Shown: positions 48,840-61,814 of the stretch, in pieces
How the letters are laid out: the number at the start of each line of letters is the position of its first letter
Position numbering within the stretch: position 1 is the first letter of the stretch
Source: Octopus bimaculoides
Taxonomy: Eukaryota
NCBI RefSeq assembly: GCF_001194135.2
Contig: NC_068981.1
Location: forward strand, 158,180,356 to 158,244,355
DNA: 64,000 nucleotides
Direction: 5' to 3'
The notes under the pieces: generated by a model
What the model saw: the letters and a program-made list of their open reading frames with translations, nothing else
Database searches by the model: none
What the model was told of the DNA's origin: nothing
Position numbers and translations under genes: made by a program

Positions 48840-49780
48840 TATAAATGTGAGTTCAACTCACGATGAAAGGAAACAAACAAAGTTTGTTTTAGAAGCATTG
48901 AGATGTATTGAAAGATACAGAAATAAATTTTTTTTTATTCTCAAACGCTTGATAATGCTAATAAATAGCGTGATCAGGATAAATTATCCATACATTGCAG
49001 AAAAATTCGTTACCAGCCAGGCTTTTGGATATGTGCTATTTGTATGAGTATGTATAAATGTTTATAATTATGTACAATGTGTTATACTATACTGATAACA
49101 GTAAAGAGATTTACATCTCTAAACTAGAAATTGATCTATGGTTAAACTTTTTTTTAAAAATCTTTGTTCACTTCCTTCGCTTTGAACCCATGCTAATGAA
49201 GTAAATAATATAGTTCTTAGAGGTATTTTGCATCTATTTCTAGCATGTGGCACTACTCATTAGTGCCCTTATTATGATTATATTTATATAATTATATATT
49301 TTGTATACACACACATATGCTTATACATGTGCCTATACATGTGTGCAAACGTTACATGTTCCAGGGAAAAAATTCACATGAAAGAGATAATGGCTTCTAG
49401 AGATGATATTTTTATAGGTATTAAGTCTTCTTTGTGACTCTATGACAGTATGTATATATATATTCTTTTAAACTAAGCTGTTTTATATTTCTTTTGTTTT
49501 GTGCTCTAGAAGTTGTAGTCTACCTAACTCGTTTTTGTTTGCATGAGTTAGTTCTGCAGCTAACCTTAACAAAAACCAGTTTGAATTAATCATTAATTCC
49601 CTATTGAATTCTTGAACCATTGTTGTATTATTATTATTATTCTTCATCGACTTGAAAGTTGTCCTTAAGAAAATTCAACCCAAATCTGCTTGACACAAAT
49701 TTCAGTATTTCTTTTATTTCTTTATCCAACCGATATTATTGTTGTAAAGCATTTACAAACTTATTGAGTTAAATGAAGGA

Positions 49781-50003
49781 TTAATCTTTAGCATCAAAAC
49801 TACCCATATCTAGCCCAAATATTCAGTTTCATGTTCAAACTGCTCAAATCCAACCTCTCCCACTTACCCAACAATTTCATTTTAAAAATAAACCAACATA
49901 TCATTGAAATCTTGAAGCTTCAAGATGATGCATGATTAATTCAAAACAATGTGAATAAATAAGCATTACATTTAACAAAGTAATATGAATGCTAAAGGAT
50001 TAA
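49781..50003. mobile_element. piggyBac-like MITE
   Basis: TTAA at both ends with inverted termini ttaatctttagcat / atgctaaaggattaa. Partial copies at 7213-7346 and 63676-63740. Confidence 0.75.
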
Positions 50004-50307
50004 AGACATGACTATCTTGGAATATTGTTGTATTTTGTTTATATACTGTGTTATTCTGTATTGTAATATCAGCATCATCATTTTAATATCCATTTGTCCA
50101 TTCTTGCTTGGGTCAGATGGAATTTATTGGGCAGATTTTCTACTGCTGGGTGCCCTTCCTGTTAACAAGCAAAGTATTATATCCCTATGACCAGACATGT
50201 TTTCAGAGAATACTGGAATTGAATTGACATTCATTTACAAGAATTATGCAATGTCAAGACAGAGACACAACTATAAACTCATTTACACACACACACACAC
50301 GTGCAAA

Positions 50308-50625
50308 TATACAAAGTGCATTCCAAAAGTATTGAGATGTTTTCAGAAGAGACATTCATTAATGTCAAAGAAGTACAAAAACTCTAATCTCCTTTAAAGT
50401 AGAGTTCTCTGACTTCAGTGCATTTGTTGTAGTTCTCCTGAACTCCCTCAAAACCTCCACAAAGTACTTTTTGATAACCATGTGGTCAGAAGGAATCCAG
50501 TGGGTATTAATGATACCCTTACTGTTAAAAAAAAAAAAAGGTATCATCATGAGATTCCCAGTGGACTTGCTTTGCCCAGCCTCTTGTGCCAGCAAAAAAA
50601 CAGATGCTTGGCTTATAAGCAGTTT
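50308..50625 (-). mobile_element. Mariner transposase fragment
   Basis: AGQSKSTGNLMMIPFF..SKGIINTHWIPSDHMVIKKYFVEVLREFRR matches the mariner catalytic-domain segment around FFD.KG. Confidence 0.75.
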
Positions 50626-50628
50626 GCA

Positions 50629-50659
50629 ATCTATATATATATATAAAATTGAGAATGTA

Positions 50660-50706
<47 letters not shown>

Positions 50707-50880
50707 CCCTAAAACTCCAGAACTACACAACCAAATTCATTCAAATTTTACACATGCCTTACTTAGGGTCCCTGTTGTGTTTTAGTCAAAAGAATTTTAA
50801 CTTCTTGCATACTTCCAGCCCACAGCAACATCATATCTCCTCCACTATTTAAGTATTACATGTGAAAAGTGAAACAAAAA
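50629..50880 (+). mobile_element. Possible Helitron-type 5' end
   Basis: A^TCTATATATATATAAAATTGAGAATGTATGTCTGTGT.. fits the common Helitron 5' pattern. No 3' end was found. Confidence 0.4.
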
Positions 50881-51252
50881 CACTCATGTCATTCGAACCG
50901 GAATCTCAAAAACTGTCACCTTACATCTCATTCTCATTTAAATACCATGACAGGCAAATAAAAATTACTTGTATTTCATAAGTTTTTGTAGTATTTTTGT
51001 TCAGTTTAACACAAAACTTTATTGCATAACGAGTTTCTTAATTGTCTTCACATTCTGACTGTTTTCTGCAAATTAGTTATCTATGACAAGCAGTGTTCGA
51101 AGTGCTGTTACAGTCGTCTGTTTCAATCTGTAATAACAAAAGTTGACAGGTCAGATTATTAGATGTATAGTAATGACATACTAAAATTACAATAACCTAG
51201 GACAAGTTATAACAGCCTTGCCTAAAAAAGTATCAAAAACTTCTGGAATGCA

Positions 51253-51316
<64 letters not shown>

Positions 51317-51319
51317 AGA

Positions 51320-51450
51320 GAGGCTTCTTTCAGTTTCTGCTCACAAGACTGGTTGGCCTGGGCTGTTGTGGAAGGCAATGGCCCACAGTGCCATACCAGA
51401 AAGCAAGTGGTTAGGAAGTAAATTTCTTAACTTTACAGCCACTCCTGCAC
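51320..51450 (-). mobile_element. SINE family A, diverged 5' part
   Basis: gcttctttcagtttc..ctcacaag..cagccactcctgcacc. Confidence 0.65.
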
Positions 51451-51996
51451 CTATCGTATGTAGTTGTTTTTCTCTATTCACCCTTTAGAGTCATTCAAAC
51501 CATGACTCTTTTTGTTAGTCTTTTTCCTTGTCATGGTCTATATTGTCTAATGTGTGCTTCTTTGTTTTTTATATTAGTCAGCAGTGTTTGGTTTGGGGGA
51601 TATTTGGCTGCCATTTATAACAGTTCAACCAACCACATAAAGTAGTAGTTCTCAAAATGACAAATATTAGGCTGCCATCCACAAAACTATTAGTGAAATT
51701 TTTAGCCACACCTTTCTATGCTTTGTTAAGATAACAATATGCGGCAGTTTATTTGTCCCTTTTTCAATTTTCACTGCTCAACCTCACCCTCAGAATGTAG
51801 AGTTTTTCTCCGAGAAACACTGATGTAAAGGTTTCTCACCGGCTTTCACTTTTAGTGAGTTTCAAAGGGTTATTGTAGTGCAGTATTTTATGCAGTTGCC
51901 ATGCTTCAAATCAAGTGGATGTTAATGTTTTTGGAGAGGAGACTTTCTAATATTTCTTTATCTTCATATTGATCATCAGAATTGGTCTGTGTTTAG

Positions 51997-52056
<60 letters not shown>

Positions 52057-52439
52057 GATCTGATACCATAGGTAACAGCTAGAAGCCTTATATGACTTCT
52101 TTTGTTATTGTATTTGTCACATGCTACATTACTCAAGTAGACATATCACATGAAGCAAATATACAGGTAGGATACAAACAAATAAAAAAAATCAATAAAC
52201 AAAGTGCAAAGTCAATGTATTATTTGCTGTGGAGGAATAGAAGGTAAAATATGTTGATTCTTTGATTATTGGTATTTAATACAGGAGGGGTATGAAGATA
52301 AAAACATAGGTGGAAGAAAAAAGGGGTTAGTTCAGAGATGTGCAATGAATGCTTGAATGGTAAACAAGAAGTATGGAATGAAGAAGTCATCATCCTCATC
52401 ATTTCATAATAATAATGATTTCTTTTGATAATAATAACT

Positions 52440-52630
52440 CTTTCTTCTATAGGCACAAGGCCAGAAATTTTAGGGGTGGAAAAGCTGGTTCATTACATCA
52501 ATCCCAGTGCTCAACCCTGAAAGAAAGAAAAGCAATGTCAACCTTGGTGGAATTTTAACTCAGAACATGATGACTGAGAAGAAAAGCTGCTAAGCATTTA
52601 GTCTGACTGGCTAACAGTTTTAACAGCTGT
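52440..52630 (-). mobile_element. SINE family B, CpG-decayed, GGCCTTGTGCC-type tail
   Basis: ctataggcacaaggccagaaatt..caaccttggtggaattttaactcagaac..gctgctaagcattt. Confidence 0.75.
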
Positions 52631-54193
52631 CATCCATGGGCAGTTTGACTGGAACACTGCATTGTGCTTCAATATCTGCTTTGGCATAGTCTCTATGGCT
52701 GAATGCTCTTCCAGATGCCGAGAAGCCTGTTTTATTATTTTCCTTTTATCTCTTTGTCATGAAGGAAAAGTGGTACTCATGACTTTGTACAGGGCCTCCA
52801 GGACTTCTGGAGCAAAAAAGACTACTTCAGACTTGAGATCTGTCCTGAATGCATGCAATAATGTGGACTTTGTTAAAGGCACCTAAATATCAGGTGCTGG
52901 TGTTAAACCAGGCAATACATTAAGTGTATTAGCCAAAGGGAAGTAAGCATGACAAGCAAGCATTGTAGAACATGGTTTGCTGAAAGAAAGTATGTGTGAG
53001 GTGTAAATGCATGTATTCAATGTATGTATGTGTTAGAAATGGAGATTTATGTGCATGAGGATAAGCAGGTGTGTGTGCATGGTGTAGTAGAGTGGGTGTA
53101 TGAGTGGTGAAGTAAAAGAAGAGAAATATGTAAAAAAGCCTAACTAGCAGCTTTTCACTGATCACTCAGTCTATTAGAAAAGACTGTCAAATTCCCTTCA
53201 AACCTACCTTAAAACAAGAAGGTCAAATTAGACAGTGTAGACCAGTCATGACCCTGTAGGCTGTGTCATTTTGAATAGCATGCTTAATTGCAGCTTGCCT
53301 TATGATGAGTCATGTCATGTGGTCTGCTTCTCATAAAAGGTTGCCCATGCCTGATGTAGGCCTAGATATAGAATAAGATGGGATAGTAAATACTGGAGTA
53401 TTTTCAATCATAGGTTGACTCAGGGTAAATAGCCAAGGTTTAGACAATAACAGATTCAACTTGAAGAAAATGAGGTAACAGTTATGTGTAAAACCAAGTT
53501 TCAGGCTCGCCACCACTACCACTGCATGTCTACATTCAGTTTTATTTATATATATATATATATGTATGTATGTATATATATATGTATGTATGTATGTGTG
53601 TATACATGCAAAGGTATAAAGGTTAAGAGGTATATAAGTGAATGTGTGTAGATATATATGTGCACCATACCACACAGGTCATGAACAAGAACACACCAAT
53701 ACTGGCCACTCCAAAATTCTTGATGGACTTAACTCTTCTCCCCACTGGTCTCAATTACTATTAGTCTTATTTTTATATTTTATTTTTTCTTGATTTCATT
53801 TACGTTTTTCCTCTCTTTTGCCTTCTTTTCTTCCTTCCTCTTGTTGTTGTTCTTCTTTTTCTCCTTCTTCTTCTTCTAACATGCTTTTGTATTTATATTC
53901 TTTTCCCTTTTTTGTGTATATTTGTTTGTATGAATACTTGTAAGAAAAATCTTTTGTTATTTAAGCAACCAGTGAAACACATTTTTCAGTTTGAAAATGG
54001 CTACTTGAAGCTCAAAATTTATATCAGAGTAACTCACTGTAAATATTATTATTAAGATTAAAATAAATAATTATCCCCCCAAAAATGCCATCTCTACTCA
54101 TTCTTTCAAATATATATAATACTGTACCAAGAACATTTTCTCTATTATTCTACTATATATGTATATATACATATATGTATGCATATATATATG

Positions 54194-55268
54194 TACAGGG
54201 TGTTCAGGCTAAATTTGACAGTTTGCATAAAAGGAAAAGAAAAGACAGTTGCCTATCCAAAAATAAATGGGGTTTTTTTTTTGTTTTAATAAAAATATTG
54301 GGTTGTCCGGAAAGTTCGTGCTGATTTATAAGTAGCTTACCTTTTGACTTATTTGCCACGAAACCACCTCAATTCTGGGAAGAGGGTATTTTCAAGTTAA
54401 AGGAAAGATGGAGACGCATTGTGCAACAAAATGGTTCATATTTGGTTGATTAAAAATGTAATGGCAAGTATTTATTGACCTTTTTCTTTCCTTGAAAAAC
54501 CGGCACGAACTTTCCGGACAACCCGATATATCAACTAGATTATGGCTGAGAGATAACAGTTTACTCTAAATTGGTGCATGTGTTCCTCACTGTGTCCTTC
54601 AGAAGATCTTTGAATATCTCCTTGATCTTAGCCACCAGCTTGGCCTTAATGTTGCAGGCAGAGCGGTTGGTGTTTTTCTCATACATAGTAATCCACACTT
54701 CATACATAATAATCCATGGGATTACAATCAAAGGAATTAGGAGACCAGAAATTGGGGCTGGTGAAATTTTCCAACAAGCACTTGTAATTCTCTCTGAAGG
54801 TAGAACAAGGAGCCAGCTGCTATACATATAGCTTTTCAGCAGCAATCCTCTCCAGCAGAACTTTGACCACCATCTCCAGCAGCTTCACATAGCTGTCTGA
54901 ATTAAACCTTAGGCCCTGTTTAAAGATGTGGGGATGAATTCCGGTGTGCAGATGCAGTCAGAACACCTACTGTGCCTTTGTAGTCCCTGTTGCAGCTGTC
55001 CAAGTCGCATCTTACAGCTTTTACAATATTCACAGAGCATTGAGTAGTAATTAGGATGTCAGCATGTCGATACCCAGCATGAATCATTAATATAGGTAAC
55101 CCTTTTCTTATATTCAGATGGCTCCACTCCTTCGTATCAACCCACTTTTTCTCAACCCCTACATCAATTTTTATGCTCTCTAATGACATTGATTATTCAA
55201 CAATTATTAAGCTGTTCTGAAAAAAAGGAGACATACAAAATCACCAAATTTAGCCTGAACAGCCTGTA
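54194..55268 (-). mobile_element. maT/Tc1-mariner DNA transposon with a decayed transposase
   Basis: TA-flanked TIRs cagggtgttcaggctaaatttg / caaatttagcctgaacagcctg. The minus strand reads ENFTSPNFWSPNSFDCNPMDYYV* and EKNTNRSACNIK. Confidence 0.85.
54296..54528 (+). mobile_element. Mariner deletion derivative nested in the maT element
   Basis: TA ttgggttgtccggaaagttcgtgc / gcacgaactttccggacaacccga TA. It retains the transposase C-terminus FWEEGIFKLKERWRRIVQQNGSY. Confidence 0.9.
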
Positions 55269-55269
55269 T

Positions 55270-55440
55270 ATGAATATATCATCATCATTGTATAACATCT
55301 GTTTTCCATGTTGGTATGAGTTGGATGGTTTGACAAAAGCAGGCTAGTTGGAAAGCTGATCAGGCTCCCACTGTCTAGTTTGGCATGGGTTCTACAGCTG
55401 GATGCCCCTCCTAATGCAAACTACTTTACAGAGTGTACTA
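55270..55440 (-). mobile_element. RTE-type 3' tail
   Basis: catcatcat..ttccatgttggtatg..ctacagctggatgcccctcctaatgc. Similar stubs at about 7085-7200(-), 13665-13720(-), 16590-16685(+), 50070-50200(-), 52670-52710(-) and 61540-61600(-). Confidence 0.8.
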
Positions 55441-55931
55441 TGTATTTCATGGACTCTTCCATCATTAGATGATGTATGAGGGTTCAGCAATTTCTTGCCG
55501 AACCATCACACAGATGATTTGTTTATGGTGATCAAATGTTTGTGTACACATAAACTCACTCCCTCCATCAAATCGACATCACCTGTACAGGTGCACCTTG
55601 TGCCACATGTCAGATGATCAAATGATCACAGAGCAACATGAAATGAAGTGCTTTTCTCAAGAACACAATGTAACACCCAGTCTGGGAATTGAACTCATGA
55701 TCTTGCAATCGTGAGAGCAACATCCTACTCATAAACTCACTCCCTCCATCAAATTGACATCACCTGTACAGGTGCACCTTGTGCCACATCTCAGATGACG
55801 AAATGATCACAGAACAACGTGAAATGAAGTGCTTTTCTCAAGAAGACAGCGCAACGCCCGGTCATGGAATTGAACTCATAATCTCGCAATCGTGACTGCA
55901 ACACCCTAACTACTAAGCCATGTGCCTTCAC
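55440..55931 (-). mobile_element. SINE related to family C with an internal 181-bp tandem duplication
   Basis: Units start at 55549 and 55730 (cataaactcactccctccatcaaat..). Head gtgaaggcacatggcttagtagttagg..gagttcaattcc. Confidence 0.8.
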
Positions 55932-55973
55932 AACTGTATGTGTGTGTGTATATATATATGCATACACGCACAC

Positions 55974-56006
<33 letters not shown>

Positions 56007-56384
56007 AATATATATTTATAAACATTTTTATACACACAAATTGTGTGTGTTTGTATGTTATTGTATTTATGTTGTGTTTGTACCCTTTCACTGTTTGACA
56101 CCTGGTGTTAGTTTGTTTACATCCTCATGATTTAACAGTTCTGAACATGATGGAATACATACCAAACTTTAAAAAAAAATTTGACTGAACCCTTCTAGGC
56201 AGTGTTCCAGCACGATCGCAATCCAATGTCTAAAACACGTAAAAGATAAAAGATGCAATTTATTTTGCATTGACACTGCACTGTGGTTTGTTAAAACTCA
56301 GTCTGGTAGTTTGAATATGTTACGAATAGCCTGGTTTTACTTTCTACTTGGTGTTTCACCTGTATTTTACCTCAGTTGGTGCAA

Positions 56385-56662
56385 TGTAAATAGCAGCCAG
56401 GCTGGTACCATGTATAAAGCACCCATGCTGGTGGTATATAAAAAGCACCCATACTGATGCCATGTAATAAGCACTGTTGCTGGGGCCACGTAAAAAGCAT
56501 CCTGTACACTCTATAAAGTGGTTGGCTTTAGGAAGGGCACCCAGCTGTAGAAAGCATGCCAAAAATAGACAGTTGGAGCCTGGTGCAGCTGTCTAGCTTG
56601 ACAGCTCCTGTCAAAATGTCCAAGCCATACCAGTTTAGAAAACATGAAATGATGATGATGAT
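56385..56662 (+). mobile_element. RTE-type 3' tail with short repeat array
   Basis: Repeated ..taaaaagcacc, then ggaagggcacccagctgtagaa..(TGA)n. Confidence 0.85.
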
Positions 56663-58398
56663 GTTACATCAGAAACTAGTAAGTGGAACTAGGTTGATAG
56701 AGGCTAAGTTATAAAATTCCTTTGGACTATATGTGAAATTTGAAACCCAATGGAGATTTTGATTTTATAGAGACTGATTTAGTTTGTGTGTTTGTGTATG
56801 TCTGTGTTTAATATTTATATGTAGCTAAGACCGAGGATAGTCTCTTTAAAATTGCTTTGTTGTAGTATACATTTAATGTATTTAGTTTTGTGACAAGTGG
56901 TATTTTAGTGATTCAGTTGAAGGCCATTTGTCTGCTAGAGAGACGCTATGTTGGCAATAATGATGTTGGTGGTGTTGGTGGTTGTGATGGAGGTGGGAAT
57001 AAATCATAGCATGCACATAAATGGCATGACAACTACTGGTGCTACAGCACCATGTAATTATACTCTCAATGGAAACGGTTCCTCTGAATAAATTTAGTTT
57101 TATCACTCACAGTCCTGGAAAAGAAGAAAGCAGTATAATACACAGTTAATTATACTTAGAAACAAATACGTATAAACATATGTGCATAAAATCAAACTTA
57201 TATATATATATTTAAACATACATACTTACACATGCTAACATTCACATGTAAGCTCACAAACATAGGAGCATACATATATATATGCATTTGTACATGCACA
57301 CGTATATGTTCACATTATATTACATACATGTAACAGAATTTATTCATTTATTCAAAGTTGATGTTTCCTTGTGGAAAATGGAATCTTATGTACAGAATTT
57401 AGTAATGATTTGATAAATAAGTAACTTCAGCCTCAAATAAATGACTACAGCCCATGTTAGTGTGGGAAAACGGATGTGAATTTATGAGGATGTTCATAAT
57501 GGTATATATGTACACAGATATGCACACACTCATAGAGATACATCTACGTCATGTTGTGTGTGTGTATACTTACATATATATATATATATTTATTTATTTA
57601 TTTATACACATACATACATGTATATACACACACTCATACATATATGTATATGTGCACACATACGCAAAATGAATAAACAAATAAAAATAGCATTCAATAT
57701 ATTTAGTTTAAACACAATCCTTTGCCCATTTAACACAACCACTTGCACCATGTTCCAAATAACCAGCCTCAGTTTTGCACCATGGTAGCTGAAATAAGAA
57801 CACATATTTTGAAAGCAAGGGTAATAAACTATGCAACTTTTTCTGATATCTATACTATATATAAAACAGAGATGTGTGTGTAATCGCTTTTCATGTGAAA
57901 TTGACTTCACCAAATGCTTCCATACTTGTGATGCATGAATAATTTGACCTCGGATAAATCTTAGGCTCTTCATTTGATTTTTTTAATTAAAAATAAATAA
58001 TATTGCTTTATATTTAAGATTCACTTCTTTAAAAAGGTTCCTCAATGTCAACTTCCGGTATTGACGTAACAACAGCAAAAAGCTTCTCTCTCTATTTTGT
58101 GTGTGAGTGTGTATGAGAGAGAGAGAGAGAGAGAGTAAATACTACATACACACTGCTCTCTCACACACATACACATGCACACACACACCCCTTAACTCAC
58201 TCACACTCTGTCTCTTACAAACACACACATACATAAATGTATACAAACATATTTACAAAGACACGTGTGTATGTGCGCGCGTGCATGTTTGTAAGAGACA
58301 GAGTGTAAGTGAGTCAAGGGCTGTGTTGTCATATGCATACATCCAAAGATGTATGTACATTTATGCATGTACGTATACATGACAACAANNNNNNNNNN

Positions 58399-58636
58399 CG
58401 TAAATCATTTCTTTCATTTAATCCCCATTTTAATTTTCCTAAAAGTTTCCAAGTACCAATGAGGCTTTTTGGCACATCTTCAATTTTCCCCATTCATGAG
58501 AGGCGCCCAGCCATCATTCATCTGAGAGTCCATCTACAGAATGTCCTCAAATTTCTATACAGCATATTTTGCCTTTTTTTCTTCAAGTATATAAGCAACA
58601 ATTTCATTCCCGAGCAACGCCGGGTGCCTCTGCTAG
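58399..58636 (+). mobile_element. Helitron 3' end with a captured RepHel motif
   Basis: FPIHERRPAIIHLRVHLQN matches the Helitron IHER.P.V..L.VHL motif. CCCG-agcaacgc-CGGG hairpin plus CTAG (58633-58636) then T. Confidence 0.8.
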
Positions 58637-58671
58637 TTATCTATAAATCTAAGCAAGGCTGAGTACTGCTG

Positions 58672-58705
<34 letters not shown>

Positions 58706-58814
58706 TGTGTATCTGTCTGTATAAAATTGATGTAGGTAAAAATTCCTGCCTCTTTTAAATAAACATTTCCCAGTAAACCACAAATACAGGTAGATTTTTA
58801 ACAGATGCTCAGTT

Positions 58815-59330
58815 AAAATACCATATAGCTGTTACTCCAATATGAAGAACACTATCACTTGTAAGCATCNNNNNNNNNNATAGCTGTTACTCCAATATGA
58901 AGAACACTATCACTTGTAAGCATCATTGCGAGTTGTAACTGCTGAGACCTTGAAGCTTTCTCAGTCGACCAAGTGTGTATGATAAACTCCATATATGAGG
59001 CAGACGTAACAGCAATGCTTCAAGATAACTATAAAGGAAAATTACATTGGGTTATGCAAAGGCAATTTCAAAATATTATGTAAAGCTATTAAATTGGCTA
59101 TCTATCTATGTAGTTTAAAGATCAAACTGCACACCACATATGTTCTTGTGGGGAATCATAGAGAAATCCATGTCATATGTCAATGGATATAAGAAATGCA
59201 ACTTATGCATAGCTGAAAGATTGCATATTCTTTTTAGATCTGAGAATTCAACTGCACTACTGCATTCTTGATTCAAAATTTTCAGAAAATGCAAAGATAG
59301 GGACAAACTTCTTTTGGCAAACTGGTTTAA
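58815..59330 (+). mobile_element. Penelope-like element C-terminal GIY-YIG fragment
   Basis: KIPYSCYSNMKNTI, SCNC*..CMINSIYEADVT, YIGLCKGNFK, KKCNLCIAERLHIL..KCKDRDKLLLAN. Frameshifted and internally deleted. Confidence 0.78.
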
Positions 59331-59871
59331 TTATGGCTTTATAGTCAAAGAGGACATAACTCTGATTTTCTTTTCTTTTTCCATTTTTTTTTTCATTCAT
59401 TCACTCTTTTCATCTACCTTCTCATTTTTCCTCATGATTTTTCTCGTACCAGTGTCCTGTTTTGTAAATTGAATAGACCAGGTGTTCAAAGCCAAAAGAT
59501 TGCTTGGAGATATAAGGCATGTTATAAAAACCTAGCTAGACCCTTGTCTTCAAGCAAGAAACTATTAGTAACTCATGTCTTTATACTGTGTACATTAAAT
59601 GGTATTTATCTCTCACTGGATTGAGTACTTCTTTTGTTGATCCTACCTTAATGGAACAGTAAACTGTACATAATGATTTTTATACATTCTATTTTGGAAT
59701 ATATATAAAGTACATACATAAAACTATAAATGATAGCATGTAAATAATGGGATGAAAATCTCTTTTAGATAGAATAAGTTGAAGGCTGCTATTATTTATA
59801 ACTTTGTATGTGTACTTTGAGATATTCTAAAAGAAAGAAATTAGTTCATGTTCTCTTGACTTTTATGACAT

Positions 59872-59911
<40 letters not shown>

Positions 59912-60035
59912 ATTCTCTTGTCATGAACGACAAATGAGGGTTCAGTAAAATAAAATAAAGCAGTAATCATTTTTCTATGGACATTAATATGTCACTTGAG
60001 GCCTGCTGGTGTGTTTATATATATATATATATATA

Positions 60036-60385
60036 TACAGGGTGCGATGGGTAAATTGTTGCCATTCTATATTTTTAATTGTGCACATGTGCATTGTTTG
60101 TTTTTCATTTTGTCAACTACACAGTATAGTAGGGTCAGTTGGGCACCATCTGTGAGAAAAACAGTACCATGACGCAATTCACTCTACCAGAAATTTGGAA
60201 ACAACATGCTGTACTGCTTGGCATTCACACCAGAAGCTCCACTACGAACAAATAGGGAATACACAGAACAACCATTGGCATTCCATGTCCCCAAAATATG
60301 TACCAAGAGTGATAAAAATCAAGCATCCAGTCAACATCATGGTTTTTGGAGTGATCACTTGTGATGGCAACATTATGCCTGAGTT
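60036..60385 (+). mobile_element. maT-type transposon, left end with a deleted transposase
   Basis: TA cagggtgcg.. terminus similar to 54196. Peptides MTQFTLPEIWKQHAVLLGI and VPRVIKIKHPVNIMVFGVITCDGNIMP. Confidence 0.7.
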
Positions 60386-60740
60386 CTTTTATTAGCATTT
60401 CTAAAGGAGATCTCATGGTTTGCAAGCCAAGATTTCACATAACACGCTGTCGCTCCAACATAATAGAAATATTTGCCTTCTGCTTCAACGGTTGCCAGGT
60501 ATATTAGGTTTCTATGTTTACAATAATTGTTAAATTTACATTTTCCTTTAACTCTACAATCACAGAAGTTATTTAAATAGATATTAAAAGTGTTAGTTGT
60601 GTTTGTATTATTGTTCATGTGTTGTCTAGATATATTATGTCTGGCATTTTTGTTTGTTTGGATATTGTTTGTATTCATAGTTGGAGGGGGATTATTTCTA
60701 TTTGTGTAATTTGCATCAAGTTTTACATTATTAAACAATG
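60373..60740 (-). mobile_element. Penelope-like element GIY-YIG fragment
   Basis: CDCRVKGKCKFNNYCKHRNLIYLATVE..YYVGAT..KSWLANHEISFRN. Confidence 0.8.
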
Positions 60741-61152
60741 ATATATGCCTAAATAGGTTTTTGGTTACCGAAAATTCAATCCTTATTACTTATTATTAAT
60801 TATAGTACTATATTTATTAGAAGTGAAATGTTTATCTAGGATAGAACAAATTACTTGGATAAGGTTAGTCCTTATCTGTTTGTCATAAAATAAGATAAGC
60901 CAGATATTATTATTATCCTTTTTATTCAGACATTTCTCGTTGCTTCTATGTGAATGTTTTATATATGGAATATGTTTCTTACGTTTTAAGGATTTTTAGT
61001 TTTTTTTTTACTTATTAGGACTTTGGTTTTAGCTAGGTTACACACATATATATACACACGTGTGTGTGTATATGTTTGTATGTATCTTCAGACCCCAAAA
61101 ACTGCTGGCCTGAGACCTATTTTAAAGAGGACAATGTATGTATGTGTGTGTG

Positions 61153-61196
<44 letters not shown>

Positions 61197-61814
61197 GAAA
61201 TAGGTTTCAAAGAGAAAAAAGACTACATGTGGTTTAAATAGGGGAAAAGTAAAAAGAAAAAAGAGAAATTGCACATTGGATATAAAATATAAAGGCTTTT
61301 TTATGAAAAGTAACGATATATATCTACAATTAGATGAACTGAGGTAGAATTAAGAGGTATAAAAAGTTATGATTATGAATTGTTAAAGAAGATTCAGTCA
61401 TATCAGTATCGTCAAAAGCTATTCACTGACTTTGAATGAGCACCAATTTCCGTGTTTAATAGCAGTTTGATTTGGCTCCATGCAACTTAGTCTCATAGGC
61501 TTGTCAAACATTACCTAACTCATCAGGCTTGTGTATATATATTCCCATCATCACCATCACTTTATGTCCACTTTCTATACTGTCATGGCTGGAAGGATCG
61601 TCAGAGTACTTAATCAGACTTTCTGCCCTCCTAATCGTAATCATGGGACCATTTCTCACTCATGCATTTTATTTTGACAAGTTTTTTCTCTTTTTTTTTT
61701 TTTCAAGATTAGTGTTGACAGTGGCTTTGAAAATTTAGCTTTCATTGGACTTAGTTTGGTGAAAGCTAAACAGGCTAAAACTTCAAAGTCTATGTCAACT
61801 CTATTCCTGTTGTC

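Noticed and set aside
52740-52890. Possible short host exon (e.g. GTHDFVQGLQDFWSKKDYFRLEICPEC)
   Set aside because: It has no convincing splice sites and no family I recognise. A tblastx or RNA-seq check would settle it.
58825-58924. Exact 45-bp direct repeat
   Set aside because: The copies flank a 10-N gap, typical of unmerged overlapping contig ends.
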